A stretch of 64,000 nt of DNA from Macrostomum lignano (Eukaryota): NCBI GenBank assembly GCA_002269645.1, contig NIVC01001150.1, positions 68,970 to 132,969 of the forward strand. Reading direction: 5' to 3'. Positions within the stretch are counted from its first letter, which is position 1, and each line of letters starts with the position of its first letter. The position numbers were made by a program, and so were the translations under genes. A model generated the notes under the pieces. It was not told the DNA's origin. It saw only the letters and a list, made by a program, of their open reading frames with translations, and ran no database searches. Of the stretch, positions 40,301 through 52,300 are shown piece after piece.

Positions 40301-43300
40301 CAGATGATTGCTGATTGAGTCAGATGATTGCTGATTGAGTCAGATGATTGCTGATTGAGTCAGATGATTGCTGATTGAGTCAGATGATTGCTGATTGAGT
40401 CAGATGATTGCTGATTGAGGCAGATGACTGCTGATTGAGTCAGATGATTGCTGATTGAGGCAGATGATTGCTGATTGAGTCAGATGATTGCTGATTGAGT
40501 CAGATGATTGCTGATTGAGTCAGATGATTGCTGATTGAGTCAGATGACTGCGGATTGAGTCAGATGATTGCTGATTGAGTCAGATGATTGCTGATTGAGT
40601 CAGATGACTGCGGATTGAGTCAGATGATTGCTGATTGAGTCAGATGATTGCTGATTGAGTCAGATGATTGCTGATTGAGTCAGATGATTGCTGATTGAGT
40701 CAGATGATTGCTGATTGAGTCAGATGATTGCTGATTGAGTCAGATGATTGCTGATTGAGTCAGATGATTGCTGATTGAGTCAGATGATTGCTGATTGAGT
40801 CAGATGATTGCTGATTGAGTCAGATGATTGCTGATTGAGTCAGATGACTGCTGATTGAGTCAGATGACTGCTGATTGAGGTCAGATGATTGCTGATTGAG
40901 TCAGATGATTGCTGATTGAGTCAGATGATTGCTGATTGAGTCAGATGATTGCTGATTGAGTCAGATGACTGCTGATTGAGTCAGATGATTGCTGATTGAG
41001 TCAGATGATTGCTGATTGAGTCAGATGATTGCTGATTGAGTCAGATGATTGCTGATTGAGTCAGATGATTGCTGATTGAGTCAGATGATTGCTGATTGAG
41101 TCAGATGATTGCTGATTGAGTCAGATGATTGCTGATTGAGTCAGATGATTGCTGATTGAGTCAGATGATTGCTGATTGAGTCAGATGATTGCGGATTGAG
41201 GTCAGATGATTGCGGATTGAGTCAGATGACTGCTGATTGAGTCAGATGATTGCTGATTGAGTCAGATGATTGCTGATTGAGTCAGATGACTGCTGATTGA
41301 GTCAGATGACTGATTGAGTCAGATGACTGATGATTGAGTCAGATGATTGCTGATTGAGTCAGATGATTGCTGATTGAGTCAGATGACTGCTGATTGAGTC
41401 AGATGACTGCTGATTGAGTCAGATGATTGCTGATTGAGTCAGATGATTGCTGATTGAGTCAGATGATTGCTGATTGAGCAGATGATTGCTGATTGAGTCA
41501 GATGATTGCTGATTGAGTCAGATGATTGCTGATTGAGTCAGATGATTGCTGATTGAGTCAGATGACTGCTGATTGAGGCAGATGATTGCTGATTGAGTCA
41601 GATGATTGCTGATTGAGTCAGATGATTGCTGATTGAGTCAGATGACTGCTGATTGAGTCAGATGACTGCGGATTGAGTCAGATGACTGCTGATTGAGTCA
41701 GATGATTGCTGATTGAGTCAGATGATTGCTGCTTGAGTTAGACGACTGCTGATTAAGTCAGATGACTGCGGATTGAGTCAGATGACTGCGGATTGAGGCA
41801 GATGACTGATTGAGTCAGATGATTGCTGATTGAGTCAGATGATTGCTGATTGAGTCAGATGATTGCTGATTGAGTCAGATGATTGCTGATTGAGTCAGAT
41901 GATTGCTGATTGAGTCAGATGATTGCTGATTGAGTCAGATGATTGCTGATTGAGTCAGATGATTGCTGATTGAGTCAGATGATTGCTGATTGAGTCAGAT
42001 GATTGCTGATTGAGTCAGATGATTGCTGATTGAGTCAGATGATTGCTGATTGAGTCAGATGATTGCTGATTGAGTCAGATGATTGCTGATTGAGTCAGAT
42101 GATTGCTGATTGAGTCAGATGATTGCTGATTGAGTCAGATGATTGCTGATTGAGTCAGATGATTGCTGATTGAGCAGATGATTGCTGATTGAGTCAGATG
42201 ATTGCTGATTGAGTCAGATGATTGCTGATTGAGTCAGATGATTGCGGATTGAGTCAGATGATTGCTGATTGAGTCAGATGATTGCTGATTGAGTCAGATG
42301 ATTGCTGATTGAGTCAGATGATTGCTGATTGAGTCAGATGATTGCTGATTGAGTCAGATGATTGCTGATTGAGTCAGATGATTGCTGATTGAGTCAGATG
42401 ATTGCTGATTGAGTCGCATGATTGATGATTGAGGCAGATGATTGCTGATTGAGCAGATGATTGCTGATTGAGTCAGATGATTGCTGATTGAGTCAGATGA
42501 TTGCTGATTGAGTCAGATGATTGCTGATTGAGTCAGATGATTGCTGATTGAGTCAGATGATTGCTGATTGAGTCAGATGATTGCTGATTGAGTCAGATGA
42601 TTGCTGATTGAGTCAGATGATTGCTGATTGAGTCAGATGATTGCTGATTGAGTCAGATGATTGCTGATTGAGTCAGATGATTGCTGATTGAGTCAGATGA
42701 TTGCGGATTGAGTCAGATGATTGCTGATTGAGTCAGATGATTGCGGATTGAGTCAGATGATTGCGGATTGAGGCAGATGATTGCTGATTGAGTCAGATGA
42801 TTGCTGATTGAGTCAGATGATTGCTGATTGAGTCAGATGATTGCTGATTGAGTCAGATGATTGCTGATTGAGTCAGATGATTGCGGATTGAGTCAGATGA
42901 TTGCGGATTGAGTCAGATGATTGCTGATTGAGTCAGATGATTGCGGATTGAGTCAGATGATTGCTGATTGAGTCAGATGATTGCTGATTGAGTCAGATGA
43001 TTGCTGATTGAGTCAGATGATTGCTGATTGAGTCAGATGATTGCTGATTGAGTCAGATGATTGCTGATTGAGTCAGATGATTGCTGATTGAGTCAGATGA
43101 TTGCTGATTGAGTCAGATGATTGCTGATTGAGTCAGATGATTGCTGATTGAGTCAGATGACTGCGGATTGAGGCAGATGACTGATTGAGTCAGATGATTG
43201 CTGATTGAGGCAGATGATTGCTGATTGAGTCAGATGATTGCTGATTGAGTCAGATGATTGCTGATTGAGTCAGATGATTGCTGATTGAGTCAGATGATTG

Positions 43301-46300
43301 CTGATTGAGTCAGATGATTGCTGATTGAGTCAGATGATTGCTGATTGAGTCAGATGATTGCGGATTGAGTCAGATGATTGCTGATTGAGTCAGATGATTG
43401 CTGATTGAGTCAGATGATTGCTGATTGAGTCAGATGATTGCTGATTGAGTCAGATGACTGCGGATTGAGTCAGATGATTGCTGATTGAGTCAGATGACTG
43501 CGGATTGAGTCAGATGACTGCTGATTGAGTCAGATGATTGCTGATTGAGTCAGATGATTGCTGATTGAGTCAGATGATTGCTGATTGAGTCAGATGACTG
43601 CTGATTGAGTCAGATGACTGATTGAGTCGATGACTGATGATTGAGTCAGATGACTGCTGATTGAGTCAGATGATTGCTGATTGAGTCAGATGATTGATGG
43701 TTGAGTCAGATGGCTGCTGATTGAGTCAGATGATTGCTGATTGAGTCAGATGATTGCTGATTGAGGCAGATGATTGCTGATTGAGTCAGATGATTGCTGA
43801 TTGAGTCAGATGATTGCGGATTGAGTCAGATGATTGCTGATTGAGTCAGATGACTGCTGATTGAGTCAGATGATTGCTGATTGAGTCAGATGATTGCTGA
43901 TTGAGTCAGATGACTGCGGATTGAGGCAGATGATTGCGGATTGAGTCAGATGACTGCTGATTGAGTCAGATGATTGCTGATTGAGTCAGATGATTGCTGA
44001 TTGAGGCAGATGACTGCTGATTGAGTCAGATGACTGATTGAGTCGCATGACTGATGATTGAGTCAGATGACTGCTGATTGAGTCAGATGATTGCTGATTG
44101 AGTCAGATGATTGATGGTTGAGTCAGATGACTGCTGATTGAGTCAGATGATTGCTGATTGAGTCAGATGATTGCTGATTGAGTCAGATGATTGCTGATTG
44201 AGGCAGATGATTGCTGATTGAGTCAGATGATTGCTGATTGAGTCAGATGATTGCTGATTGAGTCAGATGATTGCTGATTGAGTCAGATGACTGCTGATTG
44301 AGGCAGATGACTGCTGATTGAGTCAGATGATTGCTGATTGAGTCAGATGATTGCTGCTTGAGTCAGACGACTGCTGATTAAGTCAGATGACTGCGGATTG
44401 AGTCAGATGACTGCTGATTGAGGCAGATGATTGCTGATTGAGTAAGATGATTGCTCCTTGAGTTAGACGACTGCTGATTAAGTCAGATGACTGCGGATTG
44501 AGTCAGATGACTGCGGATTGAGGCAGATGACTGATTGAGTCAGATGATTGCTGATTGAGTCAGATGATTGCGGATTGAGTCAGATGATTGCTGATTGAGT
44601 CGCATGATTGATGATTGAGGCAGATGATTGCTGATTGAGTCAGATGATTGCTGATTGAGTCAGATGATTGCTGATTGAGTCGCATGATTGATGATTGAGG
44701 CAGATGATTGCGGATTGAGGCAGATGATTGCTGATTGAGTCAGATGATTGCTGATTGAGTCAGATGATTGCTGATTGAGTCAGATGATTGCTGATTGAGT
44801 CAGATGATTGCTGATTGAGTCAGATGATTGCTGATTGAGTCAGATGATTGCTGATTGAGTCAGATGACTGCGGATTGAGTCAGATGACTGCGGATTGAGG
44901 CAGATGATTGCTGATTGAGTCAGATGATTGCTGATTGAGTCAGATGATTGCTGATTAAGTCAGATGATTGCGGATTGAGGCAGATGATTGCTGATTGAGT
45001 CAGATGATTGCTGATTGAGTCAGATGATTGCTGATTGAGTCAGATGATTGCTGATTGAGTCAGATGATTGCTGATTGAGTCGCATGATTGATGATTGAGG
45101 CAGATGATTGCTGATTGAGTCAGATGATTGCTGATTGAGTCGCATGATTGATGATTGAGGCAGATGATTGCGGATTGAGGCAGATGATTGCTGATTGAGT
45201 CAGATGATTGCTGATTGAGTCAGATGATTGCTGATTGAGTCAGATGATTGCTGATTGAGTCAGATGATTGCTGATTGAGTCAGATGATTGCTGATTGAGT
45301 CAGATGATTGCTGATTGAGTCAGATGACTGCGGATTGAGTCAGATGACTGCGGATTGAGGCAGATGATTGCTGATTGAGTCAGATGATTGCTGATTGAGT
45401 CAGATGATTGCTGATTAAGTCAGATGATTGCGGATTGAGGCAGATGATTGCTGATTGAGTCAGATGATTGCGGATTGAGTCAGATGACTGCGGATTGAGG
45501 CAGATGATTGCTGATTGAGTCAGATGATTGCTGATTGAGTCAGATGATTGCTGATTAAGTCAGATGATTGCGGATTGAGTCAGATGATTGCTGATTGAGT
45601 CAGATGATTGCGGATTGAGTCAGATGATTGCGGATTGAGTCAGATGATTGCTGATTGAGGCAGATGATTGCTGATTGAGTCAGATGATTGCTGATTGAGT
45701 CAGATGATTGCTGATTGAGTCAGATGATTGCTGATTGAGTCAGATGATTGCTGATTGAGTCAGATGATTGCTGATTGAGTCAGATGATTGCTGCTTGAGT
45801 CAGATGATTGCTGATTGAGTCAGATGATTGCTGATTGAGTCAGATGACTGCGGATTGAGTCAGATGACTGCGGATTGAGGCAGATGACTGCGGATTGAGG
45901 CAGATGACTGATTGAGTCAGATGATTGCTGATTGAGGCAGATGATTGCTGATTGAGTCAGATGATTGCTGATTGAGTCAGATGATTGCTGATTGAGTCAG
46001 ATGATTGCTGATTGAGTCAGATGATTGCTGATTGAGTCAGATGATTGCTGATTGAGTCAGATGATTGCTGATTGAGTCAGATGATTGCGGATTGAGTCAG
46101 ATGATTGCTGATTGAGTCAGATGACTGCTGATTGAGTCAGATGATTGCTGATTGAGTCAGATGATTGCTGATTGAGTCAGATGACTGCGGATTGAGGCAG
46201 ATGATTGCTGATTGAGTCAGATGACTGCGGATTGAGTCAGATGACTGCTGATTGAGTCAGATGATTGCTGATTGAGTCAGATGATTGCTGATTGAGTCAG

Positions 46301-49300
46301 ATGATTGCTGATTGAGGCAGATGACTGCTGATTGAGTCAGATGACTGATTGAGTCGCATGACTGATGATTGAGTCAGATGACTGCTGATTGAGTCAGATG
46401 ATTGCTGATTGAGTCAGATGATTGATGGTTGAGTCAGATGGCTGCTGATTGAGTCAGATGATTGCTGATTGAGTCAGATGATTGCTGATTGAGTCAGATG
46501 ATTGCTGATTGAGGCAGATGATTGCTGATTGAGTCAGATGATTGCTGATTGAGTCAGATGATTGCTGATTGAGTCAGATGATTGCTGATTGAGGCAGATG
46601 ACTGCTGATTGAGGCAGATGACTGCTGATTGAGTCAGATGATTGCTGATTGAGTCAGATGATTGCTGCTTGAGTCAGACGACTGCTGATTAAGTCAGATG
46701 ACTGCGGATTGAGTCAGATGACTGCTGATTGAGGCAGATGATTGCTGATTGAGTAAGATGATTGCTCCTTGAGTCAGACGACTGCTGATTAAGTCAGATG
46801 ACTGCGGATTGAGTCAGATGACTGCGGATTGAGGCAGATGACTGATTGAGTCAGATGATTGCTGATTGAGTCAGATGATTGCGGATTGAGTCAGATGATT
46901 GCTGATTGAGTCGCATGATTGATGATTGAGTCAGATGACTGCTGCTTGAGTCAGATGATTGCTGATTGAGGCAGATGATTGCGGATTGAGGCAGATGATT
47001 GCTGATTGAGTCAGATGATTGCTGATTGAGTCAGATGATTGCTGATTGAGTCAGATGATTGCTGATTGAGTCAGATGATTGCTGATTGAGTCAGATGATT
47101 GCGGATTGAGTCAGATGATTGCTGATTGAGTCGCATGATTGATGATTGAGGCAGATGATTGCTGATTGAGTCAGATGATTGCTGATTGAGTCGCATGATT
47201 GATGATTGAGGCAGATGATTGCGGATTGAGGCAGATGATTGCTGATTGAGTCAGATGATTGCGGATTGAGTCAGATGATTGCTGATTGAGTCAGATGATT
47301 GCTGATTGAGTCAGATGATTGCGGATTGAGTCAGATGATTGCTGATTGAGTCAGATGATTGCGGATTGAGGCAGATGATTGCTGATTGAGTCAGATGATT
47401 GCTGATTGAGTCAGATGATTGCGGATTGAGTCAGATGATTGCTGATTGAGTCGCATGATTGATGATTGCGGATTGAGTCAGATGATTGCTGATTGAGGCA
47501 GATGATTGCTGATTGAGTCAGATGATTGCTGATTGTGATAGATGCTTGTTGACTTGCAAAATGAAAGAGGTGCAAAATGTCAGAGGTGCAAAATGTCAGA
47601 CTTTCAAAATGTCAGACTATAGGCCCGCAAGCTGCCTACCGCTCCACCCGCAGCACTCAACGCGGTGTGGACAGGAGGCCAGTTCGGCTCCTTCAGGGAC
47701 GTCGGCTCGCAGTACACGTCCTGGACCTTCGTGGACACGATTCACATGGCGCGGCAGCCGCTGTGGTTCCCGGGGTTCGAGCCCGGCACCGATCAGAGGC
47801 CGGCGGGGGATCCACAGCAGCGCTCCTGCATCGCCATGTCGAAGCTGTTCCAGAATCCGCGCAGCAGACGGGATGTAGACGTGAACTACTTCTGGTGGGA
47901 CAACATCAGCTGCAAGACCCGCCTGCCCTTCGTCTGCCAGAAGCTGGCGGTGGCCAGCGCGGACTGCTACGAGGGCATCGGCACCGAATACCGGGGACTC
48001 GCCGCCAGGTGGAGACAATGAGGATCCCCGCTTTGATGAGGATCCCCGCTTTGATGAGGATCCCTGCTTTGATGAGGATCCCCGCTTTGATGAGGATCCC
48101 CGCTTTGATGAGGATCCCCGCTTTGATGAGGATCCCTGCTTTGATGAGGATCCCCGCTTTGATGAGGATCCCCGCTTTGATAAGGATCCCCGCTTTGATG
48201 AGGATCCCCGCTTTGATGAGGATCCCCGCTTTGATGAGGATCCCCGCTTTGATGAGGATCCCCGCTTTGATGAGGATCCCCGCTTTGATGAGGATCTCCG
48301 CTTTGATGAGGATCCTCGCTTTGATGAGGATCCCCGCTTTGATGAGGATCCCCGCTTTGATGAGGATCTCCGCTTTGATGAGGATCCTCGCTTTGATGAG
48401 GATCCTCGCTTTGATGAGGATCCCCGCTTTAATGAGGATCCAGCCAGTGCACACAGATCTCAGGCTACAGCACACAGATCTCAGGCTAAAACACACAGAT
48501 CTCAGGCTACAGCACACAGATCTCAGGCTACAGCACACAGATCTCAGGCTACAGCACACAGATCTGAGGCTACAGCACACAGATCTCAGGCTAAAACACA
48601 CAGATCTCAGGCTACAGCACACAGATCTCAGGCTACAGCACACAGATCTCAGGATAAAACACACAGATCTCAGGCTACAGCACACAGATCTCAGGCTACA
48701 GCACACAGATCTCAGGCTACAGCACACAGATCTCAGGCTACAGCACACAGATCTCAGGCTACAGCACACAGATCTCAGGCTACAGCACACAGATCTCAGG
48801 CTACAGCCAGTGCACACAGCGGCCTCCCTCGCCCCCAGAACTGACAAAGGCACACCCTGCCAGCCGTGGGGCGACAACCAGTTGATCAATCCGAGCACCT
48901 ACCCGAATGCGGGTCTCAGCGGCCACGGCCTCTGCCGCAACCCGGACGGAGACGCGAAGCCCTGGTGCTGGGTGGACAACAAGAACAACGTCTTTGGCTA
49001 CTGCAGCCTCAGGCAGTGCTCGGATGAGCTGCCGCAGCCGCAGGAGGGACCGCCGATGACGCCGGGGTTTGGCCACGAGAAGTGCGACCGGCATGAGGAC
49101 TTTTTCTGCCCGAGCATGCTGAGCTACCGGCCCGTGTGAGTGAGGCTGTGTGAGTGAGGCTGTGTGAGTGAGGCTGTGTGAGTGAGGCTGTGTGAGTGAG
49201 GCTGTGTGAGTGAGGCTGTGTGAGTGAGGCTGTGTGAGTGAGGCTGTGTGAGTGAGGCTGTGTGAGTGAGGCTGTGTGAGTGAGGCTGTGTGAGTGAGGC

Positions 49301-52300
49301 TGTGTGAGTGAGGCTGTGTGAGTGAGGCTGTGTGAGTGAGGCTGTGTGAGTGAGACTGTGTGAGTGAGGCTGTGTGAGTGAGACTGTGTGAGTGAGACTG
49401 TGTGAGTGAGGCTGTGTGAGTGAGGCTGTGTGAGTGAGGCTGTGTGAGTGAGGCTGTGTGAGTGAGGCTGTGTGAGTGAGACTGTGTGAGTGAGGCTGTG
49501 TGAGTGAGGCTGTGTGAGTGAGGCTGTGTGAGTGAGGCTGTGTGAGTGAGACTGTGTGAGTGAGGCTGTGTGAGTGAGGCTGTGTGAGTGAGGCTGTGTG
49601 AGTGAGACTGTGTGAGTGAGGCTGTGTGAGTGAGGCTGTGTGAGTGAGGCTGTGTGAGTGAGACTGTGTGAGTGAGGCTGTGTGAGTGAGGCTGGAACAT
49701 GCTTGTCTCGGACGCCCTGCCCGCAGCTGCGTAGTGGAGCGCCAGGTCTGCGACGGGTTCGTCGACTGCGTTGGCAAGGAGGACGAGGACGAGGCCTTCT
49801 GCAGGAACTGTGAGTCGCCAAGCTGAGTCTTCTATGACGTAAACCTGATTCGTCGGCAAGAACTCGCAAGTGCACACCGCTATCGCATTGCAGACACCTG
49901 CACGAGCGACCACTTCTACTGCAGGAAATTTCACAAGTACAGCTCAGAATTGCTTCCAGTTTAATGAGGCCCGCAGCACTGCAATGCCAAGACTGAAATT
50001 TCTTGCCTGGATCCCGCAGGTGCATCTCAATGGACCAGGTGTGCGACGGGCTTGCCGACTGCGACCTCGGCGACGACGAGACTGAGGAGGCTTGCATGAG
50101 CGTCAAGGCCCGTGAGTCTGTGCTGACTGAGTCTGTGCTGGCTGAGTCTGTGCTGACTGAGTCTGTCCTGACTGAGTCTGTCCTGACTGAGTCTGTGCTG
50201 ACTGAGTCTGTGCTGACTGAGTCTGTGCTGGCTGAGTCTGTGCTGACTGAGTCTGATTGAGGTTCGCTCTGAGAGAAGCGTGCACTCGAGTATTTTTTAA
50301 TATAAATAAGTCGATGCGCGACACTGAGATATTGTGCGCAGGCACGCACTCACAGACACGCTCACACGGGGTGTACAGCGGCCCCGACTCTCTAGTCAGC
50401 AGGCACGCACTCACAGACACGCTCACACAGGGTGTACATCGGCCCCGACTCTCTAGTCAGCAGGCATGTACACCCTGTGTGCCTTGGGGGTTAGTCCTTG
50501 AGTGTGACTCCCACGGCTCGTGACGCAAGAGTCAGACGCGTTGACAGCTGAGCTGCTCCGCCCCCCCCCCCCCGGAGAGAAGCCCCGAGTCTTCGAATCT
50601 TCAGCTGGCTGAGATTCCCGAATGCCCGGTGAATTGCAGAGGCCGAGGCGGAGCTGGCAAACGAGTTCCAGATGACGGCTGGCATCGACGAGTCGAGCGT
50701 CCCCGCCGACGCCAAGCTGGCGATCTACTACAGGAAGACTCTGGTGCAGGTGAGCGGTGGCAGGGAGCTGCTTCTAAACTGAAATCCCGTGAGCAGGATG
50801 CGAGCAACCCCTGGCATGGAATTTCAGTGTGCCAAGCACTGCGACCGCCTGGAGCAGTTCTTCTGCAAGAGCTTCATCTACTACCGGACCGGCGAGCAGC
50901 GCTTCCAGTCCAAGTGCTTCCTGCTGGGAAGCCGAATAACAGACCCGGCCAGTAAGGCCGACCCCAGCATCGAGGCCAAGTACTACGAGATCCCTGAGAG
51001 TGAGAGCGGGCTGGGGCTTGGGACTCGTCCGTTGGATATGGCTCAAAACTATGGTGCAGTCACGGCTGTCAGCGATCGATTGAAAAGAGATCTCAGGCAG
51101 TGACAGTTTATTGTTAGCTGGATCTCAGGCAGTGACAGTTTATTGTTAGCTGGATCTCAGGCAGTGACAGTTTATTGTTAGCTGGATCTCAGTCAGTGAC
51201 AGTTTATTGTTAGCTGGATCTCAGTCAGTGACTGTTTATTGTTAGCTGGATCTCAGGCAGTGACAGTTTATTGTTAGCTGGATCTCAGTCAGTGACAGTT
51301 TATTGTTAGCTGGATCTCAGTCAGTGACAGTTTATTGTTAGCTGGATCTCAGGCAGTGACAGTTTATTGTTAGCTGGATCTCAGGCAGTGACAGTTTATT
51401 GTTAGCTGGATCTCAGGCAGTGGCAGTTTATTTTTAGCTGGATCTCAGGCAGTGACAGTTTATTGTTAGCTGGATCTCAGGCAGTGGCAGTTTATTGTTA
51501 GCTGGATCTCAGTCAGTGACAGTTTATTGTTAGCTGGATCTCAGTCAGTGACTGTTTATTGTTAGCTGGATCTCAGGCAGTGACAGTTTATTGTTAGCTG
51601 GATCTCAGTCAGTGACAGTTTATTGTTAGCTGGATCTCAGTCAGTGACAGTTTATTGTTAGCTGGATCTCAGGCAGTGACAGTTTATTGTTAGCTGGATC
51701 TCAGGCAGTGACAGTTTATTGTTAGCTGGATCTCAGGCAGTGGCAGTTTATTTTTAGCTGGATCACAGGCACTGACAGTTTATTATTAGCTAGATCACTG
51801 GGGCATGGGTTTAAGAATCTAGATAACCGGGTTTAAGAATCTCATTGAGACGCCAGCAATCTCAGAGTCTCAATCTCAGTAAACCGCCTCCTCAACCCCA
51901 GCTTGCAATGACGCTGACGACTTCCTCTGCAACAACAGTCATTGCGTGAAAAAATCGCAGGCCTGCAACGGCTTTGACGATTGCGGAGACTTCTCTGACG
52001 AGATCAACAGCCGCTGCGGGAAGGGTGAGATTTGAGATCTTGGTTTTTTATTGCCGCCAGAACTCGGTCTCTCCCAGTCTGAGATGCCGCCAGAGCTCGG
52101 TCTCTCCCAGTCTGAGATGCCGCCAGAGCTCGGTCTCTCCCAGTCTGAGATGCCGCCAGAACTCGGTCTCTCCCAGTCTGAGATGCCGCCAGAGCTCGGT
52201 CTCTCCCAGTCTGAGATGCCGCCAGAGCTCGGTCTCTCCCAGTCTGAGATGCCGCTAGAGCTCGGTCTCTCCCAGTCTGAGATGCCGCCAGAACTCGGTC

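Larger units (their letters stand above)
39673..49030 (+). other. Protease exons 4-6: C-type lectin domain (split by a 7.8-kb intron) and kringle domain
   Basis: [13 protein letters not shown]...[14 protein letters not shown]...VWTGG...[16 protein letters not shown]; [12 protein letters not shown]...PCQPW...[13 protein letters not shown]...C. Confidence 0.88.

Noticed and set aside
47577-49139. 520-aa ORF joining repeat peptides to the kringle
   Set aside because: Reads through intron 5; it is out of frame with exon 5, and clean GT-AG sites give the proper CTL-kringle join.
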